A DNA stretch of 24,000 bases, taken from contig JAWCMA010000002.1 of the NCBI GenBank assembly GCA_038850285.1, positions 43,773 through 67,772 of the forward strand. The letters run 5' to 3'. This DNA comes from Methanocellales archaeon. GTDB lineage: Archaea > Halobacteriota > JAWCLZ01. The notes under the pieces are model-generated. The model saw only the letters and a program-made list of their open reading frames with translations. It searched no databases and had not been told where the DNA came from. The translations under genes were made by a program, and so were the position numbers. Each line of letters begins with the position of its first letter. Within the stretch, counting starts at the first letter, position 1. Of this stretch, positions 9,294 through 17,442 are shown one piece after another.

Positions 9294-10349
9294 ATGCGAA
9301 TAGTTAAACATAGGCTTAAGAATCAAGAGGGCGAGATCACAGTTGTGCCTGAATCCCTCGATGATTTATGGCATTTAAAATATGTACTTGAGAAAGGCGA
9401 TTTAATCTACGCAGATACCATGCGCAGATCAGAAGTGCCAGCGGATAAACTGCGGCCTGAGAAGGCTGAAAAGCGCCCTGTGCGTTTGGGATTAAGGCTT
9501 GAAAATATTGAGTTCCATAAATTTACAAATCGCCTCAGGCTGCAGGGTATAATAGAACAGGGTGTAGATATAGGGAGCTATCATACAATTAATATAGAGC
9601 CAAATTCAGAGCTCTCTATAGTTAAAAAATGGGAAAAAGACCAAATTGAGCGCTTGAATGAAGCAGTGAGAACGAGCAATCAGCCTAAAGTTGCAATTAT
9701 AACCATCGAGGAGGGAGAAGCGGTCTTTGGCTTGGTTAAGCAATATGGAGTGGAAGAATTCACTTATGTAAAAGGGTCTAGGGGTAAAAGAGAGGGAGGC
9801 GATCCTAGAGGGGAATTCTTTGGCGAAGTGCTTGAAAAACTCGATTTGCTAGCAGCTGCTGAAGTTTTTGTAATCGCAGGTCCAGGTTTTACCAAGAAGG
9901 ATTTCATTGCCTATGTAAAAGAGCGAAAGCCTGAGCTTGCAAGTAAATTTGTGGTGGAGGACACTTCCTCTATAGGGACAAGTGGTTTTCAAGAGGTCTT
10001 CAGAAGAGGTGCTATAGATCGCATTCTCAGGCATTCGCGAATCACTCAAGAGGCTATCCTCTTTGAAAAACTTCTGCAGGAGATAGCTAGAGAGGGAAAG
10101 GGGAAAGCTGCTTATGGCATGGCTGAGGTTATTAAAGCTAGCGAATATGGCGCGATAGAAACCCTGCTTATCGTGGATGAAACTCTTCGTGAAGCAAGAG
10201 GAAGCGAGGAAAAAAAGGTGGAAGAACTTTTACGGAGCGTGGAAAAAGCACAGGGGAGAATAGTTATATTTAGCAGCGAGTTTGAACCTGGCAAGAGACT
10301 GCAAGCACTTGGCGGGATAGCTGCGCTGCTGAGATTCAGGGTGGATTGA
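9294..10349 (+). CDS. pelA: Pelota (aDom34) ribosome rescue factor
   Basis: PESLDDLWHL, FHKF.NRLR..G, G.YHT, AGPGF, YG..EV..A..GA, LGGIAALLRF. Confidence 0.96.
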   Translation: MRIVKHRLKNQEGEITVVPESLDDLWHLKYVLEKGDLIYADTMRRSEVPADKLRPEKAEKRPVRLGLRLENIEFHKFTNRLRLQGIIEQGVDIGSYHTINIEPNSELSIVKKWEKDQIERLNEAVRTSNQPKVAIITIEEGEAVFGLVKQYGVEEFTYVKGSRGKREGGDPRGEFFGEVLEKLDLLAAAEVFVIAGPGFTKKDFIAYVKERKPELASKFVVEDTSSIGTSGFQEVFRRGAIDRILRHSRITQEAILFEKLLQEIAREGKGKAAYGMAEVIKASEYGAIETLLIVDETLREARGSEEKKVEELLRSVEKAQGRIVIFSSEFEPGKRLQALGGIAALLRFRVD

Positions 10350-10386
10350 TAGCATATTGTTTGACTTCTTATTCTTATTTTTACAG

Positions 10387-10701
10387 CTATTGCTCTTGCT
10401 TATCAAATAGAATCAAATTCTCGCGCTCCTTTTAGAATAATTCATCGCGGTAATCTGTGAGCAATTGCTCTTCAAATCCAAGTTCGCCAACAAATTCCTT
10501 TTTTATTTTCGCAATAATCGAGATTTTCATCTCAAAAGCAAGCGTTGGTTTTCTTGTATTAATCCCCTTAAAAATCCTGGCAAGTTTTCCGAATTTCGAA
10601 ATAATTAATAAATCGTAGTCACTCTCTTTTTCCCCCCTCTCAAAGCAACCTAAATAGTGCAATTGAGATTAGATTTTCTCCAGCCACTTTTTCATATCCA
10701 T
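10387..10701 (-). pseudogene. Decayed minimal nucleotidyltransferase (MNT, Pol-beta superfamily)
   Basis: Restoring one lost base (about 10680) and removing one extra base (about 10651) gives MDMKKWL-GENLISIALF-GCFERGEKESDYDLLII, matching hhhFGS.ARG....SDhDhhhh. The in-frame TAA at 10432-10434 is followed by a typical ILFDK tail. Confidence 0.72.
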
Positions 10702-10709
10702 ATATCCAC

Positions 10710-10739
10710 GTTAAAAATCTTAAGGTTAAGATTTCTAAC
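10710..10739. promoter_or_regulatory. Near-perfect palindrome upstream of the MNT pseudogene
   Basis: GTTA-A-AAATCTTAA-GG-TTAAGATTT-C-TAAC: 13 of 14 arm positions pair around a 2-nt spacer. Confidence 0.55.
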
Positions 10740-10755
10740 CACTTTAAATCTAGAC

Positions 10756-11412
10756 CTATGAAGCATTCCAACTGTTTTTATAACTCTGCCAAGTTATTTT
10801 CTCATTGAACATTATTAACTCGCGATAGTTTGAGCTATCCCGCGGGAAAACAGTGTAAATATCTCTAATCCAGTAAGTTTTTGAATCATAGAACTCGCAC
10901 CAAGCGTGGAGTAAACCAGCTTTATATCCAATTACCACGATGGCATCGATGCCTTTTGCTCTATATAAGCTGCAGTAAGCAATGGCCCAGTCTTCGCAAT
11001 CGCCTTTTCCATAGTAAAGAGTGTAATCTGGGTTTTGCCAATAGTCTTCTCTTCCATGCAATTGCCAGTCAGAAAATACGCTAACCGCGAAATCTGAATC
11101 AATCCATGGAGAAACAAGATCTGGTCTTATATAAGCTGAGGGATTGGGTGGATGCCAGCAATCGCGGTCTGGAATGCTTGAATAGCTCCATAGATCTGGG
11201 GGAGGTCTAGCTTCAATGGTTTGCTTGGCAGTTACAATTTCACTTTGAATTTGCTCGAGAGAAGTGCTCATTTTAAATTCAATTGCATTATTTTTATTTT
11301 GCTTATTTAATCCCGAAGTAGCGAGAATTAAGATGGAAGTGGCAATGGCAATAGCAATGGCAAAAGCAAAAGCAAAGAAAAAAACTTGATTCCGAGTACT
11401 ATGGCCACCCAT
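10756..11412 (-). CDS. Membrane-anchored/secreted transglutaminase-like (cysteine proteinase fold) protein
   Basis: N-terminal hydrophobic helix; DYWQ.P..TL...KGDCEDWAI, HAW and a downstream Asp give a putative Cys-His-Asp triad. Confidence 0.8.
   Translation of the reverse strand: MGGHSTRNQVFFFAFAFAIAIAIATSILILATSGLNKQNKNNAIEFKMSTSLEQIQSEIVTAKQTIEARPPPDLWSYSSIPDRDCWHPPNPSAYIRPDLVSPWIDSDFAVSVFSDWQLHGREDYWQNPDYTLYYGKGDCEDWAIAYCSLYRAKGIDAIVVIGYKAGLLHAWCEFYDSKTYWIRDIYTVFPRDSSNYRELIMFNEKITWQSYKNSWNAS
11341..11376. repeat. Degenerate in-frame hexamer repeat (RGCAAW) x6 encoding (FA)3(IA)3
   Basis: GGCAAT GGCAAT AGCAAT GGCAAA AGCAAA AGCAAA. Confidence 0.7.
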
Positions 11413-11526
11413 CTAAACCCAAATGAACTTATAAAACAAAATATAAATAATTTTCTAATAATTTTATATACTTTATAGAAATTCTTGCTTAAAATAGAAA
11501 AATTTAATTTCGAAGCTTGCTGATTT

Positions 11527-11859
11527 TTAGCCGTACATTCCTTTTGAAGTATCAGACACTTCTTTAGCTATTCCCTTCTTCAAAGCCTCTTCAAGTTCCT
11601 TGATATGCGAGATCATCCATTCAGCAATGCTCTTGAACTGCGCCGGTGACATGCGAATGTCTATTATCAATTCGCGATTGATCTTCTGAAGCTTCATAGA
11701 TCCAGCTGGATCTTCGAGCATCTCAGGTACAAGTCGATCAACATAGAAAATCATTCTTCCCTCATCTGGGCTTAATCCACCGAAGACGCCATTTATATAT
11801 ATTACCTTATATTCGGGACTCTGGGACAGCTCAAATTTTACCTTCTGCAATAAAATCAC
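11527..11859 (-). CDS. Small conserved hypothetical protein (DUF3467-like)
   Basis: Y.NG..GG......FY and a C-terminal I.MSP.QFK....W helix resemble the DUF3467-like pattern. The start may be TTG 11850 after GGTGA. It lies 22 bp downstream of the AOR-family gene. Confidence 0.6.
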   Translation of the reverse strand: MILLQKVKFELSQSPEYKVIYINGVFGGLSPDEGRMIFYVDRLVPEMLEDPAGSMKLQKINRELIIDIRMSPAQFKSIAEWMISHIKELEEALKKGIAKEVSDTSKGMYG

Positions 11860-11881
11860 CTTCCAAGTAACAAATCAACCT

Positions 11882-13621
11882 CTAAGTCACAATGTCCTTT
11901 AATTTTTCTCTATATAGCTTGAGCATTTCAAGCACTTCTTCCTCGCTGAGCTTGCCCTGCAGGCACTCTGTTTCAAAGAAGCGCTTGGAAATCCTCACTT
12001 CAGATAAGCTGAAGCCCTCTCGCTTTTTGAATTCATATTTAAGCTTGAATATCTCTCTTCCGAGGTCAGCGAGCTCCTCCTTAGTTTTCTTAATCCCAAG
12101 GGTCTCAAGTGCCTTAGAAACAATTTCTTCGCTGTAAACATTTCTCGCAAAGAGACAGATCACAACGGAATTTAGCATAGCACGAGTATTATCCTCGCAA
12201 ATAATTGCATCGATGATCTGCTCCTTTGTCATTCGCTGCTTAACTGCCTTTTGATCAATACTATATCCGGCATTATCCAAGTGACCGTGCCTGGGAGCCA
12301 CTATGTGGCCTATGAGATTGGCATAGCCAGTATGATACCCAGCGATTTCCAGTCCGCCAAGTGCAATGGCAAAGTTCTCTCCTCCATATTTCCTCGCCGC
12401 TGCCATTACTCCTTCAGCTAGAGCTTTATAGAATTCATTAGGCTGCTTGACAATCAACTCCATGGCCTTCAAATAACCCTCCGCATCCCCCCATCGAAGT
12501 TGCACATTCATGGTATCTCTCTTTGAAATCAAATGATTTTCATATGCTTCAGTCGCCCAGCCCAGCACAACTCCAGTGCTCAAAGCATCTAAACCAAGGT
12601 GATCAGCTCGCTCAATAAGGCGAAGCACCCCCTCAGCGAGGGGTATTCCCAAGAAGCTGCCTAGAGCATAAATTGGCTCATAATCATAGGGTATCATTTT
12701 AGTTTCAAATTCAAAGCCCTCTGCAAATGGAATGCGAAGCATGGCTATGTGAATGCAGCCAACTGGGCAGGGAACGCATGCCGTATGCCTTGCCATGTAG
12801 TTCTCAGCAAAATGCTCGCCGGATATATAGTCTGCGTATTCAAATTGAGCACTTTGCAAGTTCCTAGTGGGCAGGGCTTTAAGCTGATTGAGGGCATTTA
12901 CATTTATCGAAGTGCCATAGTCATGATATTTCTTCAGCAAGTCAGTACCCACGATTAAATCATAGATTTCTTTGTATACCTCTCTATATTTCTCCAAGTT
13001 TGCAATTGCAATCTCCTGCGAACCTGAGATCACAACTGCCTTCAAATTTTTGCTGCCAAATACTGCCCCCAAGCCAAGTCTGCCAAAGTGGCGATAGGTA
13101 TCAACATTGACATTTGCATATCTAACTTTTCTCTCCCCAGCAACTCCAATTCTAATTATACTGCGCTTCCCAGCACCTAGCTCAACCTTCCGCAGTATCT
13201 GCCCAACTGTATAAGAACTGCTGATTCCCCATATGGAGGATGCATCTTTGAATTTAACCTCGCCATCGTGTATAGAGAGATAAACTGGACGCAAGGCTTT
13301 GCCTTTAATTACAATCGCGCCATAGTTTGCGAAGCGCATAGCAGCAGCTAGTCTTCCACCGGCGTGGCTCTCTCCCAGTTCATTTGTAAGCGGCGATTTA
13401 AACATAGCTACAACTTTTGTACAAGTGGGAAAGACCGCTGAAAGCGGCCCGATAGCTAGAATAATAGGATTCTCAGGCGAGAATGGATCTATTCTCGGGG
13501 GGCACTCTTCAAGCAATAGCTTGGTGGCAACTCCACTGCCTCCTAGATATTTCTCAAAAAGATCAGCGCGATTCTTAATCTCAATTTTCTCCTCACCTAA
13601 ATTGATATAAAGCACCTGCAT
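11882..13621 (-). CDS. Aldehyde:ferredoxin oxidoreductase (AOR/WOR) family, tungstopterin-binding large subunit
   Basis: YLGG.G.A, DPFSPEN, KSPLT...ESHAGG, IG.AGE..V.YA, GR.GLGAVFGSKNLKA, CxxCxxxC (CVPCPVGC), DYEP, GLDA.S.G and a distal CLF. Confidence 0.93.
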   Translation of the reverse strand: MQVLYINLGEEKIEIKNRADLFEKYLGGSGVATKLLLEECPPRIDPFSPENPIILAIGPLSAVFPTCTKVVAMFKSPLTNELGESHAGGRLAAAMRFANYGAIVIKGKALRPVYLSIHDGEVKFKDASSIWGISSSYTVGQILRKVELGAGKRSIIRIGVAGERKVRYANVNVDTYRHFGRLGLGAVFGSKNLKAVVISGSQEIAIANLEKYREVYKEIYDLIVGTDLLKKYHDYGTSINVNALNQLKALPTRNLQSAQFEYADYISGEHFAENYMARHTACVPCPVGCIHIAMLRIPFAEGFEFETKMIPYDYEPIYALGSFLGIPLAEGVLRLIERADHLGLDALSTGVVLGWATEAYENHLISKRDTMNVQLRWGDAEGYLKAMELIVKQPNEFYKALAEGVMAAARKYGGENFAIALGGLEIAGYHTGYANLIGHIVAPRHGHLDNAGYSIDQKAVKQRMTKEQIIDAIICEDNTRAMLNSVVICLFARNVYSEEIVSKALETLGIKKTKEELADLGREIFKLKYEFKKREGFSLSEVRISKRFFETECLQGKLSEEEVLEMLKLYREKLKDIVT

Positions 13622-14032
13622 TTAAAACACCTCTATGGTTTCAAGCGCGAGTACGTCATGCGGGCAGAACTTAGCACACCACCCGCAGTGAGTGCAAGTA
13701 AGCGGCTTCCCCTCTCTATTGAGAGTGATAGCGCCGATCAAGCAAGCCTTTGCACACTCTCCACATGAATTGCACTTGGAAGCATCGAATTTATTCCCCC
13801 CTCCATCGCGAGCTAGAAGCGCTCCTGTTTTGCAAGCCCTCACGCAAGCGGGATCAGCACAAGCTCTGCAAGCTATAACATTGAATTCGCTTTCAATCCC
13901 TCCAGCTGTAACCACCTTTATAGCGCTGTCATCAAGAGATACCTTTTTGAATCGATTTCGAGCGCAAGAGAAAACACAGTTCAAGCAGCCTATGCAGCGC
14001 TCGGGATTTTTAACTTTGATTCTTTTAACCAT
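13622..14032 (-). CDS. Polyferredoxin small subunit (16 Cys, up to four [4Fe-4S])
   Basis: CIGCLNCVFSC, CRACADPACVRAC, CNSCGECAKAC, CTHCGWCAKFC. Its stop abuts the AOR start. Confidence 0.93.
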   Translation of the reverse strand: MVKRIKVKNPERCIGCLNCVFSCARNRFKKVSLDDSAIKVVTAGGIESEFNVIACRACADPACVRACKTGALLARDGGGNKFDASKCNSCGECAKACLIGAITLNREGKPLTCTHCGWCAKFCPHDVLALETIEVF

Positions 14033-14054
14033 ATGAACTTATCAATTCACTTTA

Positions 14055-14094
14055 AAAATATAAAAATTGCTTTTGTAGGCAAAAATTTAGATAG
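14055..14094. promoter_or_regulatory. Back-to-back putative TATA boxes for the ferredoxin-AOR and ArsA-like operons
   Basis: Minus-strand TTTTTATATT lies about 25-30 nt above ATG 14032; plus-strand GCAAAAA-TTTAGATA lies about 25-30 nt above GTG 14118. Confidence 0.4.
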
Positions 14095-14117
14095 AATTAT
14101 CGAGCATAGATGAGAAT

Positions 14118-15332
14118 GTGAATATCCCAAGAGTAATACTCTATACCGGTAAAGGTGGCACTGGGAAGTCTGTCATAGCCAGTGCCACTGCTCTTAAGAC
14201 TGCGAGCTTGGGATATAGAACTATCATAGTATCCTCGGATCCCGCTCATACACTTATGGATGCTTTTGAGAAGAGAATAAGTGATTCTCTAACCGAGATT
14301 TGCGAAAACTTGTGGGCGATTCAAATAGATTCTATTAAAGAGATGCAGAAGAACTACGCAGTTATTCAAGAATATCTAGCTTCCGTGCTTTCCGCTAAGG
14401 GAATAGAGGAAACCCTAACCTATGAAATAGCCACAATGCCGGGGATGATTCATGTTTTTGCCCTTCTCAAAATCGAGGAACTATTAAGAGAGCAGCAGTT
14501 TGAGGTATTAATTCTCGATACAGTCGCAGCTGGCGAAGCCCTTAGATATATACATTTCCCTAAACTCTTTGGAAGCATAAGCAGAAAGCTAATGAGCATC
14601 GCAGGCTCGGTAGCTAGTGCAGCAAGAGTTATACAGCCACTCATAGGACTGCCTGCTCCAAGAAAAGAGGTATTCCAATCTGAGGTGGAGTTCATAAAGA
14701 GGCTTGAAAAACTGGGGGATATTCTTAAAGATCCGAACATCACGAGTTTAAGGCTTGTGGTCAATCCTGATTCCTTCAGCATTGAAAATACTCGAAGAGC
14801 TCTGCTGCTTTCAAACCTATATGGAATAAATGTAGATCTAGCTATAATCAACAAAATCTTGCCAGAAGGAGTAAGCGATCCATTCTTTAAAAAATGGATT
14901 GAGCTTCAGAAGAAATATATAGCTGAAGCTGAATCAAGCTTTTATCCACTGCCCATTAAAAAGGTAATGCTCTTCGATTCAGAGCTAAAGGGCATCGCTC
15001 GCCTTAAAAAATGTGGAGATGAGTTATTCCAGAGTGAAAATCCCGCTATAGTTTACTTCAAGGGCTCTCCATTCAAAACCATTACCAAGGATAAAGAGCT
15101 TGTTTTGATGGTCAAAGTTCCCTATGTAAGTAGAGAGATGATAAGCGATATTGAAAGAATCGGAGATGAACTCTTGGTTAAGATAAGCACCGAAGTTGGA
15201 GATATAATGCGAATCATACCACTTCCAACAGCCGCGCTTCGAATGAAACTCTCAAGAGCTAAGCTTTTAAGCGATGAACTTCATATTACCTTTACTGATG
15301 ATTATGAGCGAGAGGGAGAGCAGCGCTATTGA
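14118..15332 (+). CDS. Single-domain ArsA/Get3-family ATPase with C-terminal alpha-crystallin (HSP20)-like domain
   Basis: Deviant Walker A GKGGTGKS, switch I SSDPAHTL.D, altered switch II DTVAAGEALRY, INK. C-terminal ~75 aa with GDEL.VKI, R.IPLP and AKL..DEL.ITF. Confidence 0.85.
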   Translation: MNIPRVILYTGKGGTGKSVIASATALKTASLGYRTIIVSSDPAHTLMDAFEKRISDSLTEICENLWAIQIDSIKEMQKNYAVIQEYLASVLSAKGIEETLTYEIATMPGMIHVFALLKIEELLREQQFEVLILDTVAAGEALRYIHFPKLFGSISRKLMSIAGSVASAARVIQPLIGLPAPRKEVFQSEVEFIKRLEKLGDILKDPNITSLRLVVNPDSFSIENTRRALLLSNLYGINVDLAIINKILPEGVSDPFFKKWIELQKKYIAEAESSFYPLPIKKVMLFDSELKGIARLKKCGDELFQSENPAIVYFKGSPFKTITKDKELVLMVKVPYVSREMISDIERIGDELLVKISTEVGDIMRIIPLPTAALRMKLSRAKLLSDELHITFTDDYEREGEQRY

Positions 15333-15579
15333 GGATATCACAAGGGGTGTGGCGAAGTTAATGGCACTGCCCTTTTCTGAGACATTTGACCAAGTTCTCA
15401 TTGAGAGTTTGCCCAAGAAATATGCTCAAACTGCGGAGCATCTTATAAATGCAAGAATTGAGTTTTTAAGTGCGCTGAAGAGCTTGTTGGACTTGAAAAT
15501 AGAGAGACTTAAGGAAGTTAGAGAGAAAATCAAAGAAAAAGCAGAGGTTGGGAAAAAGGAAAAGGTACAAGTTGAGTAA
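15304..15579 (+). CDS. Small helical/coiled-coil hypothetical protein overlapping the ATPase stop
   Basis: Amphipathic EHLINARIEFLSALKSLLDLKIERL and a charged tail ending KKEKVQVE. ATG 15304 is preferred to 15274; 29-bp overlap with the ATPase gene. Confidence 0.72.
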   Translation: MSERESSAIEDITRGVAKLMALPFSETFDQVLIESLPKKYAQTAEHLINARIEFLSALKSLLDLKIERLKEVREKIKEKAEVGKKEKVQVE

Positions 15580-15581
15580 CA

Positions 15582-16256
15582 CTATAGCAGGGATACTAGG
15601 TCTTGAAGCACCGCTTTAGGGTTCTTCGCCTTCACAACACCAGAGGCTAGTAGAACTCCTTCGCTTCCCAGTTCAATTGCAGCTTTCACGTCCTCACCTG
15701 TGCTTATTCCCGCGCCGCAGAGTACCATGACATTTTTATTTATTGCCTTAACTGCTTGCACAGTGCCATGCACGATCTCCGGTTCAGCTTTGGAAACTGG
15801 GATTCCACTGCCTATGAGCTGAGGTGGCTCGACTGCCAGTGCATAGGGATCAAGTGCCGCTACTGCTTTGCTCACCGCTAGATTATTAGTGCATACAATG
15901 GTAAGTAAATCCAGCGCCTTAGCTCGATTTATGATCTCATCTATCTCAGCTATTCGAAGCCGATGCTCAGAGTGATTCACCAATGTACCAATTGCTCCAG
16001 CACTTTTAATTGATTCAAGCGTTACCCAACCAGTGTAGCTCCCAGGGGGGACTGCATCGGCATGCTGCGCTAAGCAGGGGATTTTTATCTGCTTAGCGAC
16101 CCAAGCTAAATCTGAAGTTTGAGGACAGATTGCAATTGAGATACCACTCTCCATAGCTACTTCTTCACAGGCTTTTGCAAGAGCAAGTCCCTTTTCCCCT
16201 GCACTCTCAAGATAAGCCTTTAAATTAAGCACAATTACCGGGGGCTTGATTTTCAT
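15582..16256 (-). CDS. tpiA: Triosephosphate isomerase (archaeal type)
   Basis: NLKAY, AQH.D, NHSE, AVEPP.LIG.G, GAGI, GVLLASG; 224 aa. Confidence 0.97.
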   Translation of the reverse strand: MKIKPPVIVLNLKAYLESAGEKGLALAKACEEVAMESGISIAICPQTSDLAWVAKQIKIPCLAQHADAVPPGSYTGWVTLESIKSAGAIGTLVNHSEHRLRIAEIDEIINRAKALDLLTIVCTNNLAVSKAVAALDPYALAVEPPQLIGSGIPVSKAEPEIVHGTVQAVKAINKNVMVLCGAGISTGEDVKAAIELGSEGVLLASGVVKAKNPKAVLQDLVSLL

Positions 16257-16261
16257 CTCAA

Positions 16262-17380
16262 CTACTCCACTTTTTGAAAGCGCCCCTGCAGCTTACTTAG
16301 AACTTTTGGCAGAGTGGTATACTCCATGTCCTCCAGAGGCAAGCGATGGGGTTCAAATGGGCCGTGTCTGCGCATGTAATCCATTATTTCCTGAGCCTTC
16401 CTTCGAGTGAGATCAAAAGCAGGATCATCGAATAAGTCAACTGGACCTATGAGCAAGCCATTTGCAAGCTGAAAGCCAGCGGCCACAGCCCTTGGAGGGC
16501 CATCGAAGCGAGTGCAGCGAGCATTCGCGAAGGAAACAGGCATAACCGGGCCATTGTGACTCCCTCTCATCCAACCGCTTACAAGATGGGGAAATCCAAA
16601 TGGCTCCAGTATTTCTCCCAATGCAGGCAGCCCAGACTGCGCTCTCACCAGTGCAACTGGATCGTCTTTCCCCACATATTCCCCTGCGATTTGATAGAGC
16701 TTCTCAGTGCTTACCACCGCAACTGGTTCATCCTTAGGTAATTTAGGGTGATTCTCCCTTGGATAAACGCGCTTGATCACATATCTCGACTTCGCTCCTA
16801 TAAGAGCTAGCAGGTCATATATCTCTTCAGGTGCATCCATGAATACCCGCTTATGCTCCACGATATCCCATATTTCAAATCTAAAGCCACCGTGAAGCGT
16901 TGGGTCGATTATCAAGCCAGCGGTGTTAAAGGGATCCGCGAACATTCGATAAACTGGAAGGTTAAATGCCCCTGGCTCAGTTTTATCCATCATAAAAGCA
17001 ACTATAGGCTCAGCTCTTCGCTCAGTAAACTCCATCTCAGCAACCCCAGGTCCCATACCGCGCACGTTGCCTGAGAATGCATCGCTCAGGAGATCTTGAC
17101 CTGCTCCATAGAGCTTTAATTTCTTCGCGACCTCAGTGGCTTTAGTAAATGCTTCCCAAGCTAGGCCGTGGATTTCGGAGCTATCAACGCCTTTTCTATG
17201 GGTCATTATCAACTGCAGATCATCTCCAGCTCCCATCACGTGAAAGTCAACAAGAAGGCCTTTTTCCTTTGCCCTCGCTAGGGTAGCACGCGCACTTGCA
17301 ATTAAATCTGAGTGAACGCTTGCGTGCCCAGGATAGCCGCCTACATCTGCCTTTATTAAACTCACAGTAATTTTTTCCAT
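16262..17380 (-). CDS. fbp: Bifunctional fructose-1,6-bisphosphate aldolase/phosphatase (class V FBPase)
   Basis: IKADVGG.PGH, GDD, LYGAGQDLL.DAFSGN.RGMGPG.AE, DKTEPGAFN, YVGKDDP, GWMRGSH.GP, FDGPPR, RRHGPFEPHRL, MEYT. Confidence 0.97.
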   Translation of the reverse strand: MEKITVSLIKADVGGYPGHASVHSDLIASARATLARAKEKGLLVDFHVMGAGDDLQLIMTHRKGVDSSEIHGLAWEAFTKATEVAKKLKLYGAGQDLLSDAFSGNVRGMGPGVAEMEFTERRAEPIVAFMMDKTEPGAFNLPVYRMFADPFNTAGLIIDPTLHGGFRFEIWDIVEHKRVFMDAPEEIYDLLALIGAKSRYVIKRVYPRENHPKLPKDEPVAVVSTEKLYQIAGEYVGKDDPVALVRAQSGLPALGEILEPFGFPHLVSGWMRGSHNGPVMPVSFANARCTRFDGPPRAVAAGFQLANGLLIGPVDLFDDPAFDLTRRKAQEIMDYMRRHGPFEPHRLPLEDMEYTTLPKVLSKLQGRFQKVE

Positions 17381-17410
17381 CTACATCTCCTCCCAAGTAT
17401 TTCTTATATT

Positions 17411-17432
17411 AGCGATATAAAGTTATGTCGCT
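17411..17432. promoter_or_regulatory. Inverted repeat overlapping the putative TATA box of fbp-tpiA
   Basis: AGCGATATAA-AG-TTATGTCGCT (9 of 10 arm positions pair); the minus strand contains CTTTATAT about 35-40 nt upstream of the fbp ATG. Confidence 0.5.
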
Positions 17433-17442
17433 TGAGCGCCTA

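Noticed and set aside
10432-10662. 76-aa ORF as an intact gene
   Set aside because: It starts at a TTG inside the catalytic motif region and is better explained as the central fragment of the MNT pseudogene.
14118-15332. Annotation as arsenical pump ATPase arsA
   Set aside because: Single domain, no recognisable metalloid-binding Cys set, an extra HSP20-like domain and no ars genes nearby.
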